DNA from: Actinomycetales bacterium
GTDB taxonomy: Bacteria > Actinomycetota > Actinomycetes > Actinomycetales > CAVURS01
Assembly: GCA_045807245.1 (NCBI GenBank)
Contig: JBJMHS010000008.1
Coordinates: 62,001 to 126,000 of the forward strand
DNA: 64,000 nt
Direction of reading: 5' to 3'
Every line of letters begins with the position of its first letter. Positions within the stretch are counted from its first letter, which is position 1. The position numbers and the translations under genes are program-made. Below, piece after piece: positions 11,097-19,159 of this stretch. The notes under the pieces were generated by a model. The model made no database searches. It saw only the letters and a list, made by a program, of their open reading frames with translations, and had not been told where the DNA came from.

Positions 11097-12035
11097 ATGG
11101 TGGGAGCGCAGGGTGCATCGGTGACCGTGCGCGCCCCCGGGAAAATCAACCTGCAGCTGTCGGTCGGTGCTCTTGGCGAGGATGGCTACCACTCACTGGC
11201 CACGGTCTTCCACGCGGTCGCCCTGTACGACGAGGTCACCGCCTCGGCGTCGGCCGACGGCGCCGGCGTCAGCATCGACGTCGAGGGAGAGCAGGTGGAG
11301 GGGGTCCCGCGGGACGGCTCGAACCTCGCGGTCAAGGCCGCGCGCCTGCTCGCCGAGCACGCCGGCGTCGCGCCGGACGTCCATCTCCGGATCCACAAGG
11401 AGATCCCGGTCGCTGGCGGGATGGCCGGTGGCTCGGCCGACGCGGCGGCCGCTCTGGTCGCCTGCGACCTGCTCTGGCAGACCGGTCTCGGTCGCGACGA
11501 CCTGGAGTCGCTGGGAGCCCAGCTCGGCGCGGACGTCCCGTTCGCGCTCATGGGCGGTACGGCGGTGGGCACCGGCCGCGGCGACGTGCTGACGGCCGCG
11601 CTGGCCCGGGGCGACTTCCACTGGGTGCTCGCGGTGTCCGCCGAGGGACTGTCCACGCCTGCCGTGTACGCCGAGTGCGACCGCCTGCGGGGCGGCCGGC
11701 CGGTGTTGGAGCCGCGGATCTCCGAACGGCTGATGCAGGCCCTCGGGTCCGGCGTCGCCGCCGCCGTGGGACGCGAGCTGACCAACGACCTGCAGGCGGC
11801 CGCGCTGTCCCTGCGGCCCTCGCTGCGCCAGACGCTCGCCGTGGGTGAGGAGTACGCCGCACTGGGCTCCCTGGTGTCCGGCTCGGGTCCGACCGTGGCC
11901 TTCCTCGTCGCGGACTCCGACCGGGCGCTGGACCTCACCGTCGCGCTCAGCGCCTCCGGCCTGTGCTCGGCCGTGCACCGGGTCTCCGGCCCGGTCCACG
12001 GGGCGCGCTCGGTCGACCCGCCCCGCGTGCGCTGA
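11097..12035 (+). CDS. ispE: 4-diphosphocytidyl-2-C-methyl-D-erythritol kinase
   Basis: APGKINLQL, YHSLATVF, IPVAGGMAGGSADAAA GHMP motif, SGSGPT. Confidence 0.96.
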   Translation: MVGAQGASVTVRAPGKINLQLSVGALGEDGYHSLATVFHAVALYDEVTASASADGAGVSIDVEGEQVEGVPRDGSNLAVKAARLLAEHAGVAPDVHLRIHKEIPVAGGMAGGSADAAAALVACDLLWQTGLGRDDLESLGAQLGADVPFALMGGTAVGTGRGDVLTAALARGDFHWVLAVSAEGLSTPAVYAECDRLRGGRPVLEPRISERLMQALGSGVAAAVGRELTNDLQAAALSLRPSLRQTLAVGEEYAALGSLVSGSGPTVAFLVADSDRALDLTVALSASGLCSAVHRVSGPVHGARSVDPPRVR

Positions 12036-12103
12036 CCGCGCGGTCGTCTCAGCACGCGACCGCAGAGGCGGTCCGGCCAGAGCCCGCGCTATCTTCGGCC
12101 CCC

Positions 12104-12808
12104 GTGACGGCCGTCGGCGTGGAGTGGGGGCTACCGGGCGCGCTGAACTACGCCGCGCGCGTCGATGCCCTGGTCGTCGTCGACGTGCTTTCCTTCAGCA
12201 CGTCGGTGTGTGTCGCGGTTGAGCGCGGAGCGCAGGTCTACCCGCATCCCGGGGGCGCCGGTGCGCGCACCCTCGCCGACGAGATCGGCGCGGTGCTGGC
12301 CGGACGCCGTACGCTCACCGACGCCCCGTCGCTGTCGCCCACCTCTCTGCTCGACCTACCACCGGACACCCGCCTGGTTCTGCCGTCACCGAACGGCGGC
12401 ACGATTGCGTATTCCCTTGTCGGACAACGGTGTCAGGTCTTGACGGCTGCTCTACGGAATGCGTCGGCGGTCGGGCGCTACCTGGCCGAGGCCCGCGACA
12501 TCCGCAGCGTCGTCCTGGTGCCGGCCGGCGAGCGCTGGCCCGACGAGTCCATGCGGGTGGCCTACGAGGACCAGGTCGGCGCCGGTGCCGTCATCGCGCG
12601 CATGTTGCGCGTCGACCCGGCGGTCCGGCTCAGCGCGGAGGCGGAGGCGGCGGTCGCGGCGTACGAGCGGCTGCGTCCGCTCCGGGACACGCCGTCCGGA
12701 CAGGAGCTCACCGAGCGCGACTTCGGCGACGACATCGTGCTGGCCTCCGCGATCGACGTGACCGACGTCGTACCGGTCCTACGGGACCGTTGTTTCGTCG
12801 CGGCCTGA
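12104..12808 (+). CDS. 2-phosphosulfolactate phosphatase (ComB) family protein
   Basis: VVVDVLSFSTSV, SLSP.SL, LPSPNGG, LRNASAV, AGERW..ED..GAG. Confidence 0.8.
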   Translation: MTAVGVEWGLPGALNYAARVDALVVVDVLSFSTSVCVAVERGAQVYPHPGGAGARTLADEIGAVLAGRRTLTDAPSLSPTSLLDLPPDTRLVLPSPNGGTIAYSLVGQRCQVLTAALRNASAVGRYLAEARDIRSVVLVPAGERWPDESMRVAYEDQVGAGAVIARMLRVDPAVRLSAEAEAAVAAYERLRPLRDTPSGQELTERDFGDDIVLASAIDVTDVVPVLRDRCFVAA

Positions 12809-13354
12809 GCCGGCGCCGGCCGCGGTCCCCGACCCAGCCGAACCACCGGAGTCGAACGGCGACACGAGCGTGCGCAGGGCCGCCGCGAGGCGCTCGCGCG
12901 CCCGGTCGTCGAGGTGCTCGAGCAGCGCGCGCTCGCGCTCGAGCAGGTCAGCCATGGCGGCGTCGACCTGGGCCTGGCCGGCCGCGGTCAGGCGGACCAG
13001 CACGCCGCGCCGGTCAGAGGGATCGGGACTGCGGGCTAGCAGACCGCGCTGCTCGAGCCGGTCGATCCGGTTGGTCATGGTGCCGCTGGTGACCAGGGTC
13101 TGGGTGACCAGACGGCCGGGGGAGAGCTGGTACGGCGCACCGGCCCGTCGCAGTGCGCTCAGGACGTCGAACTCCCAGGTCTCCAACCCGTGCTCGGCGA
13201 AGGCCGCCCGGCGGGCCAGGTCGAGGTGCCGGGCCAGCCGGCTGACCCGGGACAGCACCTGCAGCGGGCTGACGTCGAGGTCCGGGCGCTCCCGCTGCCA
13301 GGCCCCGACGATGCGGTCGACCTCGTCCCGCTCGTCCACTCGCTCCGGCGCCAC
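12779..13354 (-). CDS. tamR: MarR-family regulator, TamR-like
   Basis: DEVD.IV.AW.RERPDLD N-terminus of the urate-responsive MarR subgroup; FDVLSALRR, SGTMTNRIDRLE, DRRG; divergent from tam. Confidence 0.88.
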   Translation of the reverse strand: MAPERVDERDEVDRIVGAWQRERPDLDVSPLQVLSRVSRLARHLDLARRAAFAEHGLETWEFDVLSALRRAGAPYQLSPGRLVTQTLVTSGTMTNRIDRLEQRGLLARSPDPSDRRGVLVRLTAAGQAQVDAAMADLLERERALLEHLDDRARERLAAALRTLVSPFDSGGSAGSGTAAGAGSGRDETTVP

Positions 13355-13378
13355 CCGCGGAGTCTAGACGGCGTCAAG

Positions 13379-13436
13379 TTTCTTGACATCAACCTTCTTG
13401 ACCGGCACGCTACGTGACTATCTTGACGTCAAGATA
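13379..13436. promoter_or_regulatory. TamR operators
   Basis: Perfect 18-bp palindrome TATCTTGACGTCAAGATA (13419-13436) plus a degenerate copy TTTCTTGACATCAACCTT (13379-13396) between divergent tamR and tam. Confidence 0.85.
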
Positions 13437-13455
13437 AATCGACGGAGGCACGCAC

Positions 13456-14295
13456 ATGGTCGGCTGGGACCCCGATGCCTACCTGGACTTCGCAGCCGAA
13501 CGGGCCAGGCCGTTCCACGACCTGGTGGCCCGGATCGGGTGCGCGCGCAAGGACCAGCGCGAAGCCGTCGCGCACGTCGTCGACCTGGGCTGCGGGCCCG
13601 GCGGTCTCACCGCGACGCTCGCCGAGACCTGGCCGAGGGCCCACGTCGTCGGGGTCGACTCCTCGCCGGACATGATCGCCAGGACCGACTCGTACCGCCT
13701 GCCCGGCGAGGTCGAGTTCGAGCTGGCCGACCTGCGCGCCTGGCAGCCGACCGAGCCGGTCGACGTCATCGTGACCAACGCGACCCTGCAGTGGGTTCCC
13801 GGGCATCTCGACCTGCTGCCCCGCTGGGTCGAGACGGCGTTGCGGCCCGGTGGCTGGCTGGCATTGCAGGTGCCCGGCAACCTGGGCGACCCGTTGCACA
13901 CGTTGTTGCGTGAGGTCTCCGGGTCGGTGCGCTGGGCCGGCCGGTTGGATGAGGCGGAGCACATGCGGGCCGAGGTGCCGGATCCCGTCGGATACGCCGA
14001 GGTGCTCGCCGGGGCGGGCTGCACGGTGGACGTCTGGGAGACGACCTACCTGCACATCCTCGACCGCGAGGGCCGGTTCGGTCCGGACGCGGTGCTGGCC
14101 TGGGCGATGGGTACGGCGATGCGGCCGGTTCTCGACCGGCTGCCGGACCCGGCCGAGCGGGACGCGTTCGTCGAGGAGTACGCCGAGCGGTTGCGGGCGG
14201 CGTACCCGCGCCGGCCGTGGGGCACGCCCTTACCGTTCCGGCGCATCTTCGCCGTCGCGCACAAGCCGGACCCGGCTGTCGAGCCCGCCGCATGA
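13456..14295 (+). CDS. tam: Trans-aconitate 2-methyltransferase
   Basis: WDP.AYL.F..ER.RPF.DL, VDLGCGPG, GVDSSPDM, NATLQWVP.H, WETTY, PFRRIF. Confidence 0.9.
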   Translation: MVGWDPDAYLDFAAERARPFHDLVARIGCARKDQREAVAHVVDLGCGPGGLTATLAETWPRAHVVGVDSSPDMIARTDSYRLPGEVEFELADLRAWQPTEPVDVIVTNATLQWVPGHLDLLPRWVETALRPGGWLALQVPGNLGDPLHTLLREVSGSVRWAGRLDEAEHMRAEVPDPVGYAEVLAGAGCTVDVWETTYLHILDREGRFGPDAVLAWAMGTAMRPVLDRLPDPAERDAFVEEYAERLRAAYPRRPWGTPLPFRRIFAVAHKPDPAVEPAA

Positions 14296-14660
14296 TCATC
14301 GGGCTGGACCACGTCCAGGTCGCCATGCCCGCCGGCTCCGAGGACCGGCTGAGCGCGTTCTACGTAGATGTGCTGGGCATGACCGAGGTGCCCAAGCCGC
14401 CCGGGCTCGCCGCCCGGGGAGGGGTGTGGTTCCGCGCCGGCGCCTGCGCGATCCACTGCGGGGTCGAGCCGGACTTCCGGCCCGCGGCGAAGGCTCATCC
14501 GGGCATCGCGGTCAGCGACGGCGCGGCCCTGGACGAGCTGGCCCGGCGCTGCGTCCGGGCCGGCTACCCGGTCACATGGAGCGACGACCTGCCCGGCGTG
14601 CGCCGGTTCCACGTGCACGACCCGGTGGGCAACCGGTTGGAGCTGGAGACCAGAGGTTGA
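14292..14660 (+). CDS. VOC/glyoxalase family protein
   Basis: LDHVQVA, FY.DVLG, HPGIAV, DPVGNRLEL; ATGA overlap with tam. Confidence 0.85.
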   Translation: MIIGLDHVQVAMPAGSEDRLSAFYVDVLGMTEVPKPPGLAARGGVWFRAGACAIHCGVEPDFRPAAKAHPGIAVSDGAALDELARRCVRAGYPVTWSDDLPGVRRFHVHDPVGNRLELETRG

Positions 14661-14669
14661 GCTCGCGGC

Positions 14670-15317
14670 TCAGTCGCGGCTGGTCGTTAGCCGGGGTTTG
14701 GCCTCGAGGCCGGCCAGGCCGTTCCAGGCCAGGTTGACCAGGTGCGCGGCCACCTCGTCGCGCTTCGGTTTGCGGCTGTCCAGCCACGACTGTCCGGTGA
14801 GCGCGACCATGCCGACCAGCGCCTGGGCGTACAAGGGAGCGGCTTTCGCGTCGAGACCACGGGCCTTGAACTCGGCGGCCAGGATGTGCTCGACCTGGCT
14901 GGCGACGTCGTTGATCAGGCTGGCGAAGCCGCCGGTCGACTGCGTCACCGGCGAGTCTCGGACCAGGATGCGGAAGCCGTCGGTCGACTCCTCGATGTAC
15001 TCGAGCAACGCGAGCGCGGCGTGCTCCAGGAGCACACGGGGGTGCGCGGCCTGACCGAGCGCTCCGGTGATCTGGCTGAGCAGCTGCTGGATCTCGCGGT
15101 CGACGACGACGGCGTACAGACCTTCCTTGCCGCCGAAGTGTTCGTAGACGACGGGTTTCGAGACCTCGGCCGTGGCCGCGATCTCTTCGACGCTCGTCGC
15201 CTCGAAACCCTTCTCCGCGAAGAGCTTTCGACCCACCGCGAGCAGCTGCTCACGGCGTTCCTTGCCGGTCATCCGCGCCCGCACGACGCTCTTGATCCGC
15301 GTGTCGGAGGCGGTCAC
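14670..15317 (-). CDS. TetR-family regulator (Rv1019-like)
   Basis: RMTGKERREQLL..F..KGF..TSVEEIA..A.VSKPVVYEHFGGKEGLY HTH; GTGA overlap with the upstream desaturase stop. Confidence 0.9.
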   Translation of the reverse strand: MTASDTRIKSVVRARMTGKERREQLLAVGRKLFAEKGFEATSVEEIAATAEVSKPVVYEHFGGKEGLYAVVVDREIQQLLSQITGALGQAAHPRVLLEHAALALLEYIEESTDGFRILVRDSPVTQSTGGFASLINDVASQVEHILAAEFKARGLDAKAAPLYAQALVGMVALTGQSWLDSRKPKRDEVAAHLVNLAWNGLAGLEAKPRLTTSRD

Positions 15318-16282
15318 GCCCGGCTCATCGCCCTCTCCTTGGAAGCCTCGCGACGCTCGACGAACCTGGTCGCCTGCGCGTCCAGCCCGGCCAGGAAGGT
15401 CGCCAGCTCTTCGCGAGCAGCCTCGCCGCGCGGGCCGAAATCGGTGCGCTCGAAGACCTTCCAGAACTTCAGCACCGGCAGGATGACCTCGTCGTGGTGC
15501 AGCCGGAGGTCGTAGATCCCGGCCTTCGCCATGATGACGGAGTTGCGGGCGAAGTCGGTCATGCCCTGGCCCGGCATGGTGAAGCCGACCACCTCGTCGC
15601 GGATCGCCTCCATGCTCTCGTCCGGCGCGCGGTCCAGGGCGGCGGCGACCAGGTTGCGGTAGAAGACCATGTGCAGGTTCTCGTCGACCGAGATCCGGGC
15701 CAGCAGCTTCTCCGCTGCAGGGCAGCCGGTTGCCTTGCCCGTGTTGCGGTGGCTGACGCGGGTGGCCAGCTCCTGGAACGACACGTAGGCCACGGTCTGC
15801 AGCACCGTCTTGTCGCCCGAGTCGTACCCCGCGGTCATGTGTTCCATCCGCAGGTGCTCGAGCCGGACGGGGTCGACCCCCCGGGTGACGACGAGGTAGT
15901 CGCGCAGGGCGACGCCGTGGCGCCCCTCCTCGGCGGTCCACCGACCGACCCAGGTGCCCCAGGCGCCGTCCCGCCCGAACTGGGTCGCGATCTCCCGGTG
16001 GTACGACGGAAGGTTGTCCTCCGTCAACAGGTTCGTCACCATCGCGACCTTGGCCACGGGGTCGAGCGGAGAGTCCTCAGGTGCCCAGTCCTCGCCGCCG
16101 AGGAAGGCGAAGTCCCGCCCCTCGCTCCATGGGATGTAGTCGTGCGGGTTCCAGTGCTGGGCCAGCTTGAGGTGCCGGTCGAGCTCGGCCCCGACGACCG
16201 GCTCCAGCTCGTGCAGCATGCTGCGCTGGAACGCCTGGTCGGCCTCGCTCAGCCAGCTCGCCTGTTGTGCTTCCTTGCTCAT
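15314..16282 (-). CDS. Soluble di-iron acyl-ACP desaturase (DesA1-like)
   Basis: W.PHDYIPW, LTEDNLPSYH, WTAEEGRH, FQELAT, DENLH (two ExxH di-iron motifs); AGGAGG RBS. Confidence 0.92.
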   Translation of the reverse strand: MSKEAQQASWLSEADQAFQRSMLHELEPVVGAELDRHLKLAQHWNPHDYIPWSEGRDFAFLGGEDWAPEDSPLDPVAKVAMVTNLLTEDNLPSYHREIATQFGRDGAWGTWVGRWTAEEGRHGVALRDYLVVTRGVDPVRLEHLRMEHMTAGYDSGDKTVLQTVAYVSFQELATRVSHRNTGKATGCPAAEKLLARISVDENLHMVFYRNLVAAALDRAPDESMEAIRDEVVGFTMPGQGMTDFARNSVIMAKAGIYDLRLHHDEVILPVLKFWKVFERTDFGPRGEAAREELATFLAGLDAQATRFVERREASKERAMSRA

Positions 16283-16290
16283 GGGGCCTC

Positions 16291-17274
16291 CTAGGCTCGA
16301 CGTGCGTTCAGCCGCTCGACCTTCGGCCAACGGACTTCCGTGGCCCAGCCGAGCTTCTCGAACGCCCAGATGATCCGTGCGGTGGAGTCGATCTGCCCGC
16401 GCAGCACACCGTGCCGGGCGCAGGTCGGATCGGCGTGGTGCAGGTTGTGCCAGGACTCGCCCATCGACAGGAAGGCGAGCCACCACACGTTGCCGGACTT
16501 GTCCCGGCTCTTGAAGGGGCGCTCGCCGATCGCGTGGCAGATCGAGTTGATGGACCAGGTCACGTGGTGCAGCAGGCCGATCCGGACGAGCGAACCCCAG
16601 AAGAAGGCGGTCAGTGCGCCCTGCCACGACCACGACAAGAGCCCGCCGAGGACAGCCGGGAGCAGCAGGGAGACCGCGACGAGCAACGGGAAGGCGCGCG
16701 ACACCCGGACGATGTCCTTGTCCCGCAACAGGTCCGGCGCGTACTTGGTCTGCGGCGTCTGCTCGACGTCGAACAGCCAGCCCATGTGCGCCCACCACAG
16801 GCCCTTGGCCAGCGCGGGGACGGACTCGCCGTACCGCCACGGCGAGTGCGGGTCGCCCTCGCGGTCGCTGAAGGCGTGGTGCCTGCGGTGGTCAGCGACC
16901 CAGCGCACGACGGGCCCCTCCACCGACAGTGAGCCGGCGATCGCCATGGCGACGCGCAGCCCGCGGTTGGCCTTGAACGAGCCGTGGGTGAAGTAGCGGT
17001 GGAAGCCCACCGTGACGCCATGGCCGGAGATCGCGTACATCACGACGGCGATCACGATGTCGCGCCAGCCCAGGCCCCAACCCCAGGCAACCGGTGCGGC
17101 CGCCAGAATCGCCAGGAACGGCAGCGTGATGAACGCTCCCAGCGCCCACTGCTCCCACGTTTTCTTTCGCTCGCCGCCCAAGGTCCCGGTCCCGGCGGAG
17201 AGCTCGGCCAGGTCGTCGTCCGTGGTGACGGGCCCTGCGGGACGGATCGCGGTCGCGGTGGGGGGAGGGGTCAT
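16291..17274 (-). CDS. Membrane acyl-CoA/lipid delta-9 desaturase
   Basis: His boxes HRYFTH, HRRHH, HNLHH; GDPHSP; TM helices. Confidence 0.92.
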   Translation of the reverse strand: MTPPPTATAIRPAGPVTTDDDLAELSAGTGTLGGERKKTWEQWALGAFITLPFLAILAAAPVAWGWGLGWRDIVIAVVMYAISGHGVTVGFHRYFTHGSFKANRGLRVAMAIAGSLSVEGPVVRWVADHRRHHAFSDREGDPHSPWRYGESVPALAKGLWWAHMGWLFDVEQTPQTKYAPDLLRDKDIVRVSRAFPLLVAVSLLLPAVLGGLLSWSWQGALTAFFWGSLVRIGLLHHVTWSINSICHAIGERPFKSRDKSGNVWWLAFLSMGESWHNLHHADPTCARHGVLRGQIDSTARIIWAFEKLGWATEVRWPKVERLNARRA

Positions 17275-17308
17275 ACGAGGCGGCCTTCCGGTCGTCGGCA
17301 AAGTGAGG

Positions 17309-17339
17309 CTACGCAACCGTAACCTACGCAACCGTAGGT
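17309..17339. promoter_or_regulatory. Tandem palindromic operator upstream of the desaturase operon
   Basis: CTACGCAACCGTA twice at a 15-bp period (17309-17321, 17324-17336); the second extends to ACCTACG-CAAC-CGTAGGT. Confidence 0.75.
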
Positions 17340-17391
17340 CTGTCCACTCGAGATCGCTTCGACCGCGTCACCCTTAATCTTGAGCGGTCGA

Positions 17392-17470
17392 TCCCCGGTT
17401 GGTCTGCTGGCAGGGCCCGCCTGACTTTGAATCAGGATTAGCGACGATGGTTCGATTCCATCCCGGGGAG
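17392..17470 (+). tRNA. tRNA-Gln (anticodon UUG), atypical structure
   Basis: Acceptor TCCCCGG/CCGGGGA+G; anticodon arm CCTGA-CTTTGAA-TCAGG (TTG at 17427-17429); T arm GATGG-TTCGATT-CCATC; TAATCT -10 at 17375; position upstream of glmU; CCA not encoded. Confidence 0.85.
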
Positions 17471-17674
17471 CTTCAGAACGTGATTCCTCGGGCCGCGGCA
17501 GTGGTACGACGGGCGGTGCGGGTCCGGCGGGAAGCAGGCACAGGGGTCTCCTGTCATCGCTCAACCGTTGGTACACGGATAACCCCAAACCGGCGGCGGG
17601 CGTTACGTCGGCGATCGGCGACGGCCCTCCAACGGCCGGTTCGGCGGCGTCGTACTCGCAGGTAGGCTTCCGTC

Positions 17675-19159
17675 GTGACTGACCGCGGCCCGCTCAGCCC
17701 TGCGGCCGTCGTCGTACTGGCCGCTGGCGAAGGCACCCGCATGAGGTCGGCCACTCCCAAGGTCCTGCACCGCATCGGCGGCCGCACCCTCCTGGCCCAT
17801 GCCATGGCCGCCGCGCGGGCTGTGTCGCCCGACCGGCTCGTCGTCGTCGTCCGCCACGGGCGGGACCAGGTGGCCGACGAGGTCCAGGCGGTGGACGCGG
17901 ACGCGCTCGTCGTGGACCAGGACGAGGTTCCCGGCACCGGACGGGCCGTGCAGGTGGCGCTCGACGCCCTGCCCGGGCTGGCCGGGACCGTGCTCGTGAC
18001 GTACGGCGACGTGCCGCTGCTCGACGCCGAGGCGCTGACCGCCGTCCTGGCCGACCACGCCCGCCGAGGCGCCGGCGTCACCGTCGTCACCGCGGTCGTC
18101 GACGATGCCACCGGCTACGGCCGGGTCGTGCGCGGGCCGGACGGTTCGGTCGAGCGCATCGTCGAGCACAAGGACGCCGACGAGTCGCTGCTCGCGGTGC
18201 GGGAGATCAACTCCGGCATCTACGCGTTCGACGCCGACCTCCTGCGCTCGGCGCTCGGCCGGGTGAACCGCGACAACGCGCAAGGTGAGATGTACCTGAC
18301 CGACGTCGTCGCGCTGGCTCGGGCCGAGGGTCACAGCGTCGCCGGCCACGTGATCACGGATGTCTGGCAGACCGAGGGCGTCAACGACCGCGCCCAGCTG
18401 GCCCGGCTGGGGGCCGAGATGAACCGGCGTGTGCTCGAGCGATGGATGCGTGACGGGGTGACGATCGTGGACCCGGCGACCACGTGGGTCGACGTCGACG
18501 TCGACCTGGCTCCGGACGTGACGATCCTGCCCGGCACGCAGCTGCTCGGTGCGACGGCGGTGGCCACGGGGGCGACCATCGGGCCGGACACGACGCTCAC
18601 CGACGTCGAGGTCGGCGCCGGAGCATCCGTCGTACGGACCCACGGCAGCCTCGCGGTGCTGGGGGAGGGCGCCTCGGTCGGTCCCTACGCGTACCTGCGG
18701 CCGGGCACCTACCTCGGGGCTGACGGCAAGATCGGGACCTTCGTCGAGACCAAGAACGTGCAGATCGGCGCCGGCTCGAAGATCCCGCATCTGACCTATG
18801 CGGGCGACGCGACGATCGGCGAGGGGACGAACATCGGGGCCTCGTCGGTGTTCGTGAACTACGACGGCGTGGCCAAGCACCGCACGACGATCGGCAGCCA
18901 CTGCCGGACCGGGTCGGACACCATGTTCATCGCGCCCGTGACAGTGGGGGACGGGGCCTACACGGCGGCCGGGACGGTCGTCCGCAAGGATGTGCCTGCG
19001 GGGGCGCTGGCCCTCAACGTCGCGCCCCAACGCAACCTCGAGGGCTGGGTGGCGCGGCGCCGACCGGGTACGGCCGCGGCGGAGGCGGCGGAGGCGGCGC
19101 TCGCCGGACACGGGGAGCAGGACCAGGGCGACCCCGAAGGGGAGGCAGCGGGCGCATGA
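17675..19159 (+). CDS. glmU: Bifunctional UDP-GlcNAc pyrophosphorylase / glucosamine-1-phosphate acetyltransferase
   Basis: LAAGEGTRM.S..PKVLH, YGDVPL, EINSG, YLTD, hexapeptide repeats, NYDG. Confidence 0.97.
   Translation: MTDRGPLSPAAVVVLAAGEGTRMRSATPKVLHRIGGRTLLAHAMAAARAVSPDRLVVVVRHGRDQVADEVQAVDADALVVDQDEVPGTGRAVQVALDALPGLAGTVLVTYGDVPLLDAEALTAVLADHARRGAGVTVVTAVVDDATGYGRVVRGPDGSVERIVEHKDADESLLAVREINSGIYAFDADLLRSALGRVNRDNAQGEMYLTDVVALARAEGHSVAGHVITDVWQTEGVNDRAQLARLGAEMNRRVLERWMRDGVTIVDPATTWVDVDVDLAPDVTILPGTQLLGATAVATGATIGPDTTLTDVEVGAGASVVRTHGSLAVLGEGASVGPYAYLRPGTYLGADGKIGTFVETKNVQIGAGSKIPHLTYAGDATIGEGTNIGASSVFVNYDGVAKHRTTIGSHCRTGSDTMFIAPVTVGDGAYTAAGTVVRKDVPAGALALNVAPQRNLEGWVARRRPGTAAAEAAEAALAGHGEQDQGDPEGEAAGA

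Noticed and set aside
14230..14232. In-frame TTA codon in tam as bldA-type control
   Set aside because: Single codon near the 3' end, and no evidence that this organism uses bldA-type regulation
17392..17470. tRNA-Sec or 8/4-9/3 allo-tRNA
   Set aside because: Anticodon is UUG, the fold is 7/5, there is no long variable arm and no sel genes; only the D arm is Sec-like
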